A stretch of DNA of 64,000 bases from an uncultured Pseudomonadota bacterium (GTDB lineage Bacteria > Oederibacteriota > Muellerivitia > Muellerivitales > Muellerivitaceae): contig CAVYRH010000005.1 of assembly GCA_963770835.1 (NCBI GenBank), positions 320,001 through 384,000 on the forward strand, given 5' to 3'. Made by a program: the position numbers and the translations under genes. Under the pieces are notes generated by a model, which saw only the letters and a program-made list of their open reading frames with translations, did no database searches and was not told the DNA's origin. Shown piece after piece: positions 19,857-29,396 of this stretch. How positions within the stretch are numbered: the first letter of the stretch is position 1; each line of letters opens with the position of its first letter.

Positions 19857-20756
19857 ATGGCCACTAAAACCGAATGGACCACCGACAGCTTTGGGCATGT
19901 TTACAAAGGCCACTCCCTTTACAAAGGAAGGACTCCCTTCCAGTCCATGGAGATTTTCGAGGACAAGACGTTCGGAACCCTGCTCTTTCTGGACGGTAAA
20001 ATCCAAATCTCCGACGGGGATGAAAACCGTTACCATCAGTACCTGGTGTCGGCTCCGCTTTTGGCCCACCGGAACCCCCAAAGCATCTGCATCATCGGTG
20101 GCGGGGACTGTTTCGCGATCGAGGAAGCCGCCAAGTTCAAGAGCCTGAAACGCATTCTGATGGTGGAGATCGACAAGGGAGTTGTGGATTTCTGCCGGAA
20201 GAATTATCCGGAAATCGGAAGATGCCTGAGGGATGAGCGGGTGGAGATCATCTACAAGGATGCCCGCAGATGGTTGCAAGACCATCCCGAAACCTTCGAC
20301 GTGCTCATCATCGACTTAACCGAGCCCCATGGGCCTTCCAAGATGCTTTACACCCAAGAATTCTACCGGCTTTGCAAGAAACGGATGAACCCCCAGGGAC
20401 TCATCGCCATTCACACGGACAACTATTATTTGTTTCCCGATTCTTTTGCCACCATCTATAAGACCTTCCGTTCCGTGTTCCCGAACATTCTGACCGCTCG
20501 GGTGGACATGCCTTGCTTCGGCATGGGCTGGACCTATCGCATCGCCTCCTCTTCGCCCATTTCGGTGAAACTGATGGAAACCAATATCAAGAAGCTGAAG
20601 AAGCAGGGAATCACCTTTGATTATTTCACACCTTCGACCTACTTGGTCCAGCCGACCAGTGAGGAATTAAAAAACCTTAAGACCCGGGGCCGTATTTCAA
20701 CGGACAAGAAGCCCTTCGATAAGTTCGAGAAGATGGAAAAATACGTAACGAAGTGA
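19857..20756 (+). CDS. speE: Polyamine aminopropyltransferase (spermidine synthase family)
   Basis: TPFQ, LDGKIQ, IIGGGD, VEIDKGVV, IIDLTEP, LYTQEFY. Confidence 0.88.
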   Translation: MATKTEWTTDSFGHVYKGHSLYKGRTPFQSMEIFEDKTFGTLLFLDGKIQISDGDENRYHQYLVSAPLLAHRNPQSICIIGGGDCFAIEEAAKFKSLKRILMVEIDKGVVDFCRKNYPEIGRCLRDERVEIIYKDARRWLQDHPETFDVLIIDLTEPHGPSKMLYTQEFYRLCKKRMNPQGLIAIHTDNYYLFPDSFATIYKTFRSVFPNILTARVDMPCFGMGWTYRIASSSPISVKLMETNIKKLKKQGITFDYFTPSTYLVQPTSEELKNLKTRGRISTDKKPFDKFEKMEKYVTK

Positions 20757-20831
20757 ATCCGGAAATATCAAATATCCGTTTCGGAAATTATTTTTCCTTT
20801 ATTGAAAAAACTCTAATTGTGGGGGAATGGG

Positions 20832-21272
20832 ATGGATACCATCGGAAGCCTTGTTGACAAATTGTCGATTTTGGAAATCAGGAAGGACCATACAAAGGAT
20901 TCTGATTCGATAAGGGTATTAAATGAATCAGCCGAACGGCTAAAAAACGAGATTAATGAAATTATTTTAAAGATACTTAAAGGCGAAATTTGTGATGAAT
21001 GGACGATTAAACAGCCTAAACTTAAAAATTATGCCCACCAAGACAATAACATGGAAAAGTCCGAAGGTTTGGCAAAAGTAATACAGAATCTTATCGTGGC
21101 CAACATACAGCTATGGAATATTGAGGATACAAGACGAAACAAAAGTTTGGCCGATAATGTCAGGCTTGGAGCGGCCGACCAAGTATCCGTGTGGAATAAA
21201 AAACGCAATGACGCAATGGATAATATTGACAAAGAAATATGGCTATTGGTGGTTGCCAAAAAAGGTAAATGA
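20832..21272 (+). CDS. Hypothetical helical protein (DUF6165/DUF4254-like), AT-rich
   Basis: IGSLVDKLSILEIRK and NIQLWNIED..N.KRND motifs. Confidence 0.6.
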   Translation: MDTIGSLVDKLSILEIRKDHTKDSDSIRVLNESAERLKNEINEIILKILKGEICDEWTIKQPKLKNYAHQDNNMEKSEGLAKVIQNLIVANIQLWNIEDTRRNKSLADNVRLGAADQVSVWNKKRNDAMDNIDKEIWLLVVAKKGK

Positions 21273-21319
21273 TCCTGAAGCCGCCGAATCGGCAGTTGAC
21301 CCAAGGGCGTATTGCTATC

Positions 21320-21346
21320 CCCCATCCAGCCAATCACCAGATGGGG
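21320..21346. terminator. Hairpin between convergent genes (putative terminator)
   Basis: CCCCATC-N13-GATGGGG. Confidence 0.35.
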
Positions 21347-21404
21347 CATTACAATTTGTAACCTCTGAAAAACTCCCTGTTTTGGTTTGAAACTCTTCTC
21401 ACCA

Positions 21405-21471
21405 GGGTTTTCAACCCCGCTTGGAGATGTTTTTGTTTCTCCAAAGGTGTTGCACTTACTCCTAGAACTCC
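21405..21471 (+). mobile_element. Relic 3' end of an IS30-family element
   Basis: GTGTTGCACTTACTCC (21447-21462) is identical to the reverse complement of the IS30 IR at 1597-1612; upstream GFSTP echoes transposase tail GFQTP..VALTP. Confidence 0.6.
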
Positions 21472-22181
21472 TTTTTCGACCCTTCTTGCGTCATCTGCCT
21501 CTGAAAAAACTCCCCTTAGCTCAGGCCGCCGCCAACTTTACGGCTCTTTTCCCATTAAATGCGATGCCACAGATCAACACCCAAATCTTGTTTCGGGCCA
21601 TCCCGTAGTACCTCATTCGTCCCATCGAACACCACCGCTTCAAGGTACTCATTGTCGCCTCGATCCCGCACCTCACACGGCCCCAAACCTTGTTTTGCTT
21701 TAATTGCCTCTGGGTCAGCTTCTGTCCCCGCCAAACACGATGTAACACTCGATTCCGAATCCCTCGTTCCTCCAAATATTCATCGTGTTGCGCCGACCGG
21801 TAAGCCTTGTCAGCAAATGCCTGTTCTACCCCGCGAGGAACCATGTCTTTGAAATGTTCGTGATCGTGTTCCTCAATATGACTTAGATCCATCTTTCGAA
21901 TCAGGCCGCTTTTCTCGTCCTGACCCACATGAACCTTCATCCCATCCACGGCTTTTCCTTGCCGGGAGGTGTAATGAACATCTTCATCCACCGGCTTTCC
22001 CTCTTGATCCTTGGATTCCGGTTTACAGGCTCCTTCCACCAGGGTGGAGTCCACAATGGCCCCTTTCTTGACCAAAAGGCCCTTCCGGTCCAAACCCTGT
22101 TGCACTGCCCCCCAAACCCGGTCTATCAAACCGGCTTCCCGAAGTCTTTCCCGAAACTTCACCAAAGTGGTGTCGTCGACG

Positions 22182-24122
22182 GTGCGTCCAGAAAAGGCAG
22201 GTGTGTTCAGCAAGAGATAGTCTTGCATGGGTAATAGCCAAAGCCCATTAGCTAGGATGGCAGGCAAGCGGGAAACCAAATGCCTGAAGCCCATCAACAA
22301 AGCCATCGAAAGGATGGTGAGCGAGTCGTCGGGCCGTAACGAAAGTAAATGCACAGGTGGCCCCGAAAACACTTGCCTCGGAGGCTGAGTCCGCCGTCGT
22401 GGGACGAAAGCATCATGGGACAGCGCGGAGAAATGGCTGAAGCGCTGGAACACTCCGACGGGGTGATAGCAACGGCACGAAGACAAGGACACGCCAAGCA
22501 ACTGGAGAAACCCTCCTTGCCCCAGGCAGAAATGCTTGGAGAAAGGTAGGCCGTATAACCGTGACGCGGGAAAACGGTCGAAGGTGAGAGGGTTTAGGAT
22601 GGGTTCATGGTAGCGATGAAGCGGGGTAATGCCCGTGGAGCGAAGGAACCCTGCTGTTGTTAAGTCCCTCGACAAAACGGAAGGCAGTGACGGTATGAAA
22701 AAGACGTCAATTAACCTGCAAGACCTGAGACGAGAGATATACGTCAAAGCGAAGGCTGAAAAGAACTGGAGTTTCTGGGGACTGTACACCCATGTTTGCA
22801 AGATGGAAACGCTTCAACAGGCTTACCGAATGGCTAAGGTAAATAACGGAGCCCCTGGAATAGATGGGGTGACGTTTGATGCCATTGAGGAGGCCGGAGT
22901 GGAGTCGTTTCTGGAAAGCATCCGGGGTGAATTAGTTCAAGGCACGTATAAGCCCGTTCGAAACCGGAAGAAGGAAATACCCAAGGGAAATGGGAAGGTA
23001 AGAGTCCTTGGGATACCCAACATTCGGGATAGAGTAGTCCAGGGAGCACTGAAGTTTATTCTGGAACCGATTTTTGAGGCCGATTTTCAAGAAGGGTCCT
23101 ATGGGTATCGACCCAAGCGGACCGCTCATGCGGCTGTGAACAGGGTAGCATCGGCAATCGTCTGTAGAAAAACCCGAGTCATTGATGTAGACCTCAAGGC
23201 ATATTTCGACACGGTAAGGCACGACCTTCTGATGAAGAAAGTTGCCCGAAGGGTTGAGGATGAAACGGTGTTGAGATTGTTGAGGATGATCCTGAAGGCC
23301 AGCGGCAAAAGAGGAGTCCCGCAGGGAGGGGTTATTTCCCCTCTTCTGGCTAATCTCTACCTCAACGAGGTGGATAAGATGCTGGAAAAGGCAAAAGAAG
23401 TGACTCGGCAAGGGAAGAACAACTATATCGAATATGCGAGGTTCGCTGACGATATGGTGATCCTTGTTAATGGATATCCGCAATGGGAATGGTTGGCAAA
23501 GGCTGCCTACCGAAGGTTACTTGAAGAATTGACCAAGCTCGACTTGCAAATCAACACGGACAAGACGCGGATAGCAGACTTAACGAAAGGTGAAAGTTTC
23601 GGGTTTCTGGGGTTTGACTTTCGACAGGTGAAAACCCGTCGAGGGAAATGGGGGGTGAAGTTCACGCCGAAAATGAAGGCGCGAGCAACACTTCTGGGTA
23701 AGCTCAAGGAAACATTTGGAAGCTTCCAATCTCAGCCGGTGCAGAGGGTGATTGAGATTATCAATCCCAAACTGCGTGGGTGGGTGAATTACTTTCGGAT
23801 AGGGAATTCTAGGCGCTGTTTTAACTACGTGGAAAGATGGGTCGAGAATAAAATCAGACGGCATATGATGCGTGCGAAGAAGCTCGACGGTTTTGGGCGG
23901 GATAGGTGGAGTAGGGAGTGGATATATAAGTATCTGGGGTTGTACAGAAGCTACCAAATACGATATTACCAAGAACCGAAAGCGCTACCCGTCTGATAGG
24001 TCACATAAACTTTGACAGGAAAGCAACAGGTGAGCGTAGTGCGGGAAATCCGCACGCTACGTTCGAGGAGGCGGGGACTGGAAACGGAGCCAGAAGGCCA
24101 CCGCACCAGTCCTCGACCCTAC
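22182..24122 (+). mobile_element. Group II intron (1941 nt), RT-encoding, endonuclease-less
   Basis: 5' GTGCG; domain V GAGCGTAGTGCGGGAAATCCGCACGCTACGTTC (24032-24064); domain VI ending CGACCCTAC; boundaries restore the host frame. Confidence 0.93.
22695..23996 (+). CDS. ltrA: Group II intron reverse transcriptase/maturase
   Basis: APGIDG, RVLGIPNIRDRVVQ, SYGYRP, PQGGVISPLLANLYL, RFADD, FLGF, LRGWVNYF; no C-terminal HNH. Confidence 0.95.
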   Translation: MKKTSINLQDLRREIYVKAKAEKNWSFWGLYTHVCKMETLQQAYRMAKVNNGAPGIDGVTFDAIEEAGVESFLESIRGELVQGTYKPVRNRKKEIPKGNGKVRVLGIPNIRDRVVQGALKFILEPIFEADFQEGSYGYRPKRTAHAAVNRVASAIVCRKTRVIDVDLKAYFDTVRHDLLMKKVARRVEDETVLRLLRMILKASGKRGVPQGGVISPLLANLYLNEVDKMLEKAKEVTRQGKNNYIEYARFADDMVILVNGYPQWEWLAKAAYRRLLEELTKLDLQINTDKTRIADLTKGESFGFLGFDFRQVKTRRGKWGVKFTPKMKARATLLGKLKETFGSFQSQPVQRVIEIINPKLRGWVNYFRIGNSRRCFNYVERWVENKIRRHMMRAKKLDGFGRDRWSREWIYKYLGLYRSYQIRYYQEPKALPV

Positions 24123-24465
24123 TGGTACTCCCGGACCCCTTCACCCACGAACCGCTCAAAACTGCGCCGGTCGTGGATTTCTTGGACTACTTCCACATCC
24201 GACAGGCCGTACCAGGATTCCAGCAAAAGGCATTTAAACAAGATCAAAGGCGGGATGGGAGGTCTCCCCGTGTTGCCCCGGTACATTTCCATCAGCAATT
24301 TCTCGATCTTCGGAAAGTCCAGAACCTTATCCACTTCCTCTAGCATGGTCTTTTTGAGTCGCCGGTTCTTGTCCTCGTACATCCCGAAGCTGATTTGCAT
24401 GGAATCCCTCCGTCTGGAATGCTGCTATTATATTTCAGCATTTAGACGAAGGAGTTTTTCAGAGG

Positions 24466-25764
24466 TTACAATTTATTTAATCTTTCCAGGTGCAGCTTAA
24501 CATCCGCGACGATTTTCCCGACGTCCAGCGCCTCATAACATCTCACCTTTTGACAGGTCTTTGCCATCTTGTTAACGCAAGTGATATTGCGGCAGGGGCT
24601 TTCGGAAACGTAGGTTTTGGACCACACGTCCTGGTTGGCGGGAGGGAAGAGTGGATTGGTCGAATCATACCCCGACATACGGGCTGGGGTTGCGCCAAAA
24701 ACCGAGATGACAAAGGTTCGGTTCCTGAATTTCACATTTCCCGTTCTGGAGTATTTGCGAGCCGCCGCAATATGCAAGGGACCGGTATCACCGGAAATGA
24801 ATACATCGGCGAAATCCACTAAGGCGGCGTAAGCATCGATTGGCAGGGTAGACGGGACGACGACAACCTTCTTTTTTTCATCCGCCGACAATGTTTCCAA
24901 AAGTTTTTTTTCGACGTCCTTATGGACGAAAGCGGTTCCGAAAAGAACTATCGAATCTGTTTCCAGTATTTGTTTTAGCATGGCAGCTTGGTGCTCAAAA
25001 GGCATTAGGGTATACCGGGAGGCCGTGTCCGGGTTCATGAACACCAGGGGTTTCCCCGTGGGAACGCCGGATTCGCTTAATAAGGTCTTAGCTTTTTCGT
25101 GAGCTTCGTCGGAAAGAGTGACCGGGACGCCCGGAAAAGGCTTGTCGGGAAGGAAAGAAATCGTTTCCCTTAGGAGCTTTTCCACGAATAAGTAGGATTG
25201 GAAAAGAAAGTGGTTGATACCTGTTTGGTCGATCTCGTTTCTTACCAATTGGGGGGCGACGGTCAAGAAATTTAATATCTTCTGTCCTTGCGGGAAAAGA
25301 CGATCATCCTCAAAAAAAGGCGAGCAGTTAAAGCATAGGTCGTATTGATTCTCAACCACCAACTTTTGGATGCTTTCGATGTCGTTGGGATCCGGAAAAA
25401 CGCCGCCCGTGAAAACCGGGTAGAGGTTTGAAATGGCGGGGTTTCCCTCAATAAGACAGGCCACCGATTTCTTGATGACGTAATCGATACGAGCCGCAGG
25501 GAAGAAATCCCGGAAGGCTTGGACCGCGCCTTGCATCATGACCGCATCTCCGATGTGGATGTCAGGAATGACGAGGATTTTTTTGAATTGGGGAACGCCG
25601 CGAAGGTTTCTGAGGTTTTTGTGCCGGATGTGCTGGACCAAGAGCTTGTTTCCCAGGATGGGCGGGATCGTGCTGTTAAAAAACCAGGCCCCCCCCCGGG
25701 GAAACCAGGTGGTCAAAAGGCTCGTCCAATGGAAAATGGTTTTTTGTAATTTGTTGTCGAGCAT
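24466..25764 (-). CDS. Glycosyltransferase family 9 (heptosyltransferase-like)
   Basis: HIGDAVM, FISGDTGPLHIAAA, VFGAT, C-terminal PCRNITC. Confidence 0.85.
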   Translation of the reverse strand: MLDNKLQKTIFHWTSLLTTWFPRGGAWFFNSTIPPILGNKLLVQHIRHKNLRNLRGVPQFKKILVIPDIHIGDAVMMQGAVQAFRDFFPAARIDYVIKKSVACLIEGNPAISNLYPVFTGGVFPDPNDIESIQKLVVENQYDLCFNCSPFFEDDRLFPQGQKILNFLTVAPQLVRNEIDQTGINHFLFQSYLFVEKLLRETISFLPDKPFPGVPVTLSDEAHEKAKTLLSESGVPTGKPLVFMNPDTASRYTLMPFEHQAAMLKQILETDSIVLFGTAFVHKDVEKKLLETLSADEKKKVVVVPSTLPIDAYAALVDFADVFISGDTGPLHIAAARKYSRTGNVKFRNRTFVISVFGATPARMSGYDSTNPLFPPANQDVWSKTYVSESPCRNITCVNKMAKTCQKVRCYEALDVGKIVADVKLHLERLNKL

Positions 25765-25874
25765 AGGAGCTTCGCTACTTTAAGGAACCCGGCCAATTGG
25801 GTCAATACTTACCCGGCGGTTTGGGACGTAAAATTGCCTATAATCGTTTTTTTGCGGATGTTAACCTATAACCC

Positions 25875-27179
25875 ATGAGTCAGCGTCTCGTTCTTTTTTC
25901 CAAATACATCCTCACGATGGACCGGCCCCAGCCCATTGAGGATGGCTTTGTCCTGATCCAGGGCTCTCGCATCCTCCAAGTGGGAAAACGGAAGGACCTT
26001 TTTTTTCTCCCCTCGGTACGCATGCTGGACCTGGGCGACACGATCCTCCTACCCGGGTTCATCAACGCTCATTGCCATTTGGATTTCACTGGTTTCAAGG
26101 GTCGTGTGCGCTACCAGGGCGGCTTCCGGGAATGGCTGCGAAAAATGGCGGTCAAGTCCCGGGAAACAAGCCCCGCCGAATTCCGGCGGTCGATCCAAAA
26201 GGGAATCAAGGAAAGCCTGGATTACGGCACGACCACGATTTGCGATGTGGCCACCAGTTGGGAAAGCTATCCTCTGCTTCGCCAATCCGGATTGCGGGCC
26301 TTTGTTTTCCTTGAAATGATCGACCTGGGACAATCCTCCACACCAGCTTATTGCCGGCAATTCCAGGAGAAATTGCGGGCCATCACGCACACGGCGCCGC
26401 CCACCCCCACTTTTCGCTGGGGCCTGAGCCCCCATACGCCTTTTACCGCCTCGAAGGAGTTACTGGAGTGGACAGGAAAATACCTGAACGATCACCGGGA
26501 CGTTCCCACCACCATCCATGTAGGTGAAAGCCGTGAGGAAGGGAATTACTTCAAAAAGGGGTCAGGCCCCATGGCCGACCGGATCCGGGTCCTAAACCCG
26601 GATTGGAATATTCCCCGGCGCACTACGCCCGTTCAATATTTAAATGATTGCGGCTGGCTGCCGAAACTGGACCTGGGAGTCCACTTGAACGTCCTGGACC
26701 AGAGGGATATTAAACTCCTGGCCAAAAACCGCATCACTGTCGTTCATTGCCCTGGAAGCCACGGTTATTTCCATCATCCGACCTTTAAGTATCATTCTTT
26801 GCGCCGCCACCGAATTTCAGTGTGCTTGGGGACCGACAGCCTGGCGAGCAATCGATCCCTTTCCCTATTCCGCGAAATGAGGCTTTTTAAGAAGAACCAA
26901 CCTATGGTGTCTTCGGAAGAAATCCTATCCATGGTCACGGTCAAACCCGCCCAGGCCTTGGGGCTAGGACACCAGCTAGGGCGCATCAAGCCCGGTTACC
27001 TGGCAGATTTGATCGGCCTTCCCGTTCCGGCCCGGAAAAGGGCCAAGAATATAAGCCTCTTTGACCAGGTTTTGCGGTATCGGGGCACGGTTTCCTTTGC
27101 CATGGTCCAAGGGGAGCCGCGGTTAAGATTGACCGGTGGATCAACGATTCGGGGGCTTACCAGTTCTTTCCGTTCTTGA
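25875..27179 (+). CDS. Metal-dependent amidohydrolase (aminofutalosine or MTA/SAH deaminase-like)
   Basis: PGFINAHCHLD, SPHTPFT, HVGESREE, HCPGS, LGTDSLASN, GYLADL. Confidence 0.8.
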   Translation: MSQRLVLFSKYILTMDRPQPIEDGFVLIQGSRILQVGKRKDLFFLPSVRMLDLGDTILLPGFINAHCHLDFTGFKGRVRYQGGFREWLRKMAVKSRETSPAEFRRSIQKGIKESLDYGTTTICDVATSWESYPLLRQSGLRAFVFLEMIDLGQSSTPAYCRQFQEKLRAITHTAPPTPTFRWGLSPHTPFTASKELLEWTGKYLNDHRDVPTTIHVGESREEGNYFKKGSGPMADRIRVLNPDWNIPRRTTPVQYLNDCGWLPKLDLGVHLNVLDQRDIKLLAKNRITVVHCPGSHGYFHHPTFKYHSLRRHRISVCLGTDSLASNRSLSLFREMRLFKKNQPMVSSEEILSMVTVKPAQALGLGHQLGRIKPGYLADLIGLPVPARKRAKNISLFDQVLRYRGTVSFAMVQGEPRLRLTGGSTIRGLTSSFRS

Positions 27180-27203
27180 CACAATGACGAAAACCCTTAT
27201 AAT
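27176..27203 (+). promoter_or_regulatory. sigma70 promoter of rplM-rpsI
   Basis: TTGACA-N16-TATAAT. Confidence 0.75.
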
Positions 27204-27262
27204 TCAGGCCCTTGTCCCTCTTTGGGACATGATGATTTGAGGAAAGAGTAGGATTGGGTTAC

Positions 27263-27721
27263 ATGCAAAAGACAATGCTCGCATCGAAAAAGGACATCCA
27301 TCGCCAATGGTGGATCGTCGACGCCAAGGACCAGGTTTTGGGAAGGCTGACTTCCCAAGTAGCCGCCATCTTGAGGGGTAAGCACAAGCGTACCTTTACG
27401 CCGCACGTGGAAAATGGGGACCATGTGGTCATCATCAATGCCGAGAAGATCGTCCTGACCGGTAATAAATGGGAAACGAAAGCCCACCACCGCACCTCCG
27501 GCCGACCGGGGGGCTTGTCCACCGAAGAGTATAAGCAAATCCGCCACACCCGCCCCGAGCGGATTCTAGAATACGCCATCAAGGGAATGCTGCCCAAGAC
27601 CTCCCAGGGTGACAAGATGTTCGGCCGCGTCAATATCTACAAGGGTGACACTCACCCCCACTCGGCCCAAAAGCCCCAGCCGCTGACCCTGGCTCACAAC
27701 GCCAAAAGAGGAGACGCTTAA
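27263..27721 (+). CDS. rplM: 50S ribosomal protein L13
   Basis: [44 protein letters not shown]. Confidence 0.97.
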   Translation: MQKTMLASKKDIHRQWWIVDAKDQVLGRLTSQVAAILRGKHKRTFTPHVENGDHVVIINAEKIVLTGNKWETKAHHRTSGRPGGLSTEEYKQIRHTRPERILEYAIKGMLPKTSQGDKMFGRVNIYKGDTHPHSAQKPQPLTLAHNAKRGDA

Positions 27722-28116
27722 TGCCCGCCACGAAGGAACAATTCGCCGCAACCGGACGCCGTAAAACCTCCGTTGCCCGGGTCATTTTAAGGCCGGGGAA
27801 GGGGCAATTCATCGTCAACGGCAAGCCTCTCGAGAAGTTTTTTCCCGAGATGAAACTAGCCGTCGTCCGGTCCCCCCTTGAAACCGTATCGGCCCTGGGA
27901 AAATACGACGTGTTCGCAAACCTGACCGGCGGCGGGGTCACGGGGCAGGCGGAAGCCTTGCGCCACGGTATCTCCCGCGCCCTCTTAAAAATCGACGCCG
28001 AGATGCGCAAGCCCTTGAAGGCCGCTGGATTCCTGACCCGCGACCCGCGCATGGTCGAGCGTAAGAAGTACGGGCGTAAGAAGGCTCGCCGCCGCTTCCA
28101 GTTCTCGAAGCGTTAA
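27721..28116 (+). CDS. rpsI: 30S ribosomal protein S9
   Basis: [39 protein letters not shown]. Confidence 0.97.
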   Translation: MPATKEQFAATGRRKTSVARVILRPGKGQFIVNGKPLEKFFPEMKLAVVRSPLETVSALGKYDVFANLTGGGVTGQAEALRHGISRALLKIDAEMRKPLKAAGFLTRDPRMVERKKYGRKKARRRFQFSKR

Positions 28117-28136
28117 TTTCGAGGACGTTTTTCCCG

Positions 28137-28171
28137 ATCCCGCGCATCTTTCAGGATGCGCGGGATTTTTT
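28137..28171 (+). terminator. Rho-independent terminator after rpsI
   Basis: ATCCCGCGCATC-tttcag-GATGCGCGGGAT followed by T run. Confidence 0.85.
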
Positions 28172-28187
28172 GTTTAAGAACATCGCC

Positions 28188-28634
28188 ATGGACCAAAAAG
28201 AACATAAACCCCAAGTGACGCCCAAGATCGCGGTGAATGCCGTAATTTTTAACGGCAAGGATGAGGTTCTTTTGGCCAAGCGCACGGACAACGGCCTTTG
28301 GTGCATCCCGGGCGGGCATGTGGATTTGGGGGAGACGCTGGCCCAGGCCTGCTTGAGAGAACTTTACGAGGAAACGGGTTTGAGGGCCGAGGTGGTCCGT
28401 CTGGTGGGGATTTACTCGGACACGAAGGGCTCCCTTCATATTGCCCAGGGGGCCGAATGGCACACGGTCCGGGTTTCCTTCCTCTGCAAGGTGACGGGCG
28501 GATCCATTCAGCCCAGCGAGGAAACCAGCGAGATCCGCTATTTCGACGTCAAGAAGTTGCCCCCGTTGATCACTGACCACGCAAGGCGTGTCCAGGACGC
28601 CTTGGAAAACAAGAGCGAAGCGGTCATCGCATAA
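28188..28634 (+). CDS. NUDIX hydrolase
   Basis: Nudix box GGHVDLGETLAQACLRELYEETGL. Confidence 0.9.
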   Translation: MDQKEHKPQVTPKIAVNAVIFNGKDEVLLAKRTDNGLWCIPGGHVDLGETLAQACLRELYEETGLRAEVVRLVGIYSDTKGSLHIAQGAEWHTVRVSFLCKVTGGSIQPSEETSEIRYFDVKKLPPLITDHARRVQDALENKSEAVIA

Positions 28635-28654
28635 AACGCCCAAGGAAGGCCAAC

Positions 28655-29386
28655 ATGTCAAAGTCCAAATCCAAACCCCGCGTCGAAAGGCGGGCCATCG
28701 CCCGGCCCAAGAACGGGTTCTCCTCTCAGAACCCTTACATCGCCAACGACTTCAAGGAGCAGGATACCTGGCGGATGTTTCGCATCATGTCCGAGTTCGT
28801 GGAAGGCTTCGAGGCCCTGCGCAATATCCGTCCCGCCGTGACCATTTTCGGCTCGGCCCGCACGCTCCAAAACGCGGAGGATTTTCAATTGGCCCGCCTG
28901 ATTGGCTACAGCCTTTCCAAGAAGGGCTTTTCCATCATCACCGGCGGGGGCCCGGGCATCATGGAGGCGGCCAATATGGGGGCCCATGAGGCGGGGGGAC
29001 GATCGGTGGGCTGCAACATCGAACTGCCTTTCGAGCAAAAGCCCAATCCCTATATCAACCTGCCGGTGAACTTTCATTATTTCTTCATCCGCAAGGTCAT
29101 GTTCCTGCGCTACACTTCGGCGGTGGTTGTGATGCCGGGCGGGTTCGGTACCATGGATGAGTTGTTCGAGACACTAACCCTGGTACAAACCCACAAGATC
29201 GATCCCATGCCCATCATCCTGGTCGATAAAAAGTATTGGCAGGGGGGAATTGATTGGATCAAAAACACGATCCTGGGGGACCGCCATTACATCGACAAGG
29301 ACGACATGAACATCTTCCATGTGGTGGACAAACCTGAGGAAGTTGTCCAAATCATCACCAAGTATTACCGCTATAAAAAACTGTAG
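28655..29386 (+). CDS. LOG family (TIGR00730-like) Rossmann-fold protein
   Basis: IFGSAR, TGGGPGIMEAAN, LPFEQKPN, PGGFGTMDE. Confidence 0.9.
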   Translation: MSKSKSKPRVERRAIARPKNGFSSQNPYIANDFKEQDTWRMFRIMSEFVEGFEALRNIRPAVTIFGSARTLQNAEDFQLARLIGYSLSKKGFSIITGGGPGIMEAANMGAHEAGGRSVGCNIELPFEQKPNPYINLPVNFHYFFIRKVMFLRYTSAVVVMPGGFGTMDELFETLTLVQTHKIDPMPIILVDKKYWQGGIDWIKNTILGDRHYIDKDDMNIFHVVDKPEEVVQIITKYYRYKKL

Positions 29387-29396
29387 AATCCAGGTT

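Larger units (their letters stand above)
21521..24400 (-). pseudogene. IS5-family DDE transposase (312 aa when joined) split by group II intron
   Basis: N-part 24400-24123 (GRPPIPPLILFKCLLLESWYGLSD, DUF772-like); C-part 22181-21521 (IVDSTLV, ADKAY, RCGIEATMSTLKR); join reads EYHVDDTTLVKFR in frame. Confidence 0.9.
21358..24469 (-). mobile_element. IS5-family insertion sequence containing a group II intron
   Basis: Perfect 19-bp IRs GTAACCTCTGAAAAACTCC (21358-21376 / 24451-24469); flanking direct repeat AATTT (21353-21357, 24470-24474); inner degenerate IR at 21498-21514. Confidence 0.88.

Noticed and set aside
22385..22410. CTGAGTCC..GGACGAAA as a hammerhead ribozyme
   Set aside because: Lacks the full CUGANGA core; better explained as an intron domain I stem-loop
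21521..22801. 426-aa minus-strand ORF as a real fusion protein
   Set aside because: Only 22181-21521 is transposase; the upstream part is the antisense of intron RNA domains, and the true N-terminus is at 24400-24123
22695..23996. RT as retron, DGR or CRISPR-associated RT
   Set aside because: Has group II domain V/VI, GTGCG..AC boundaries and a maturase domain; no TR/VR pair, msr-msd or cas genes seen
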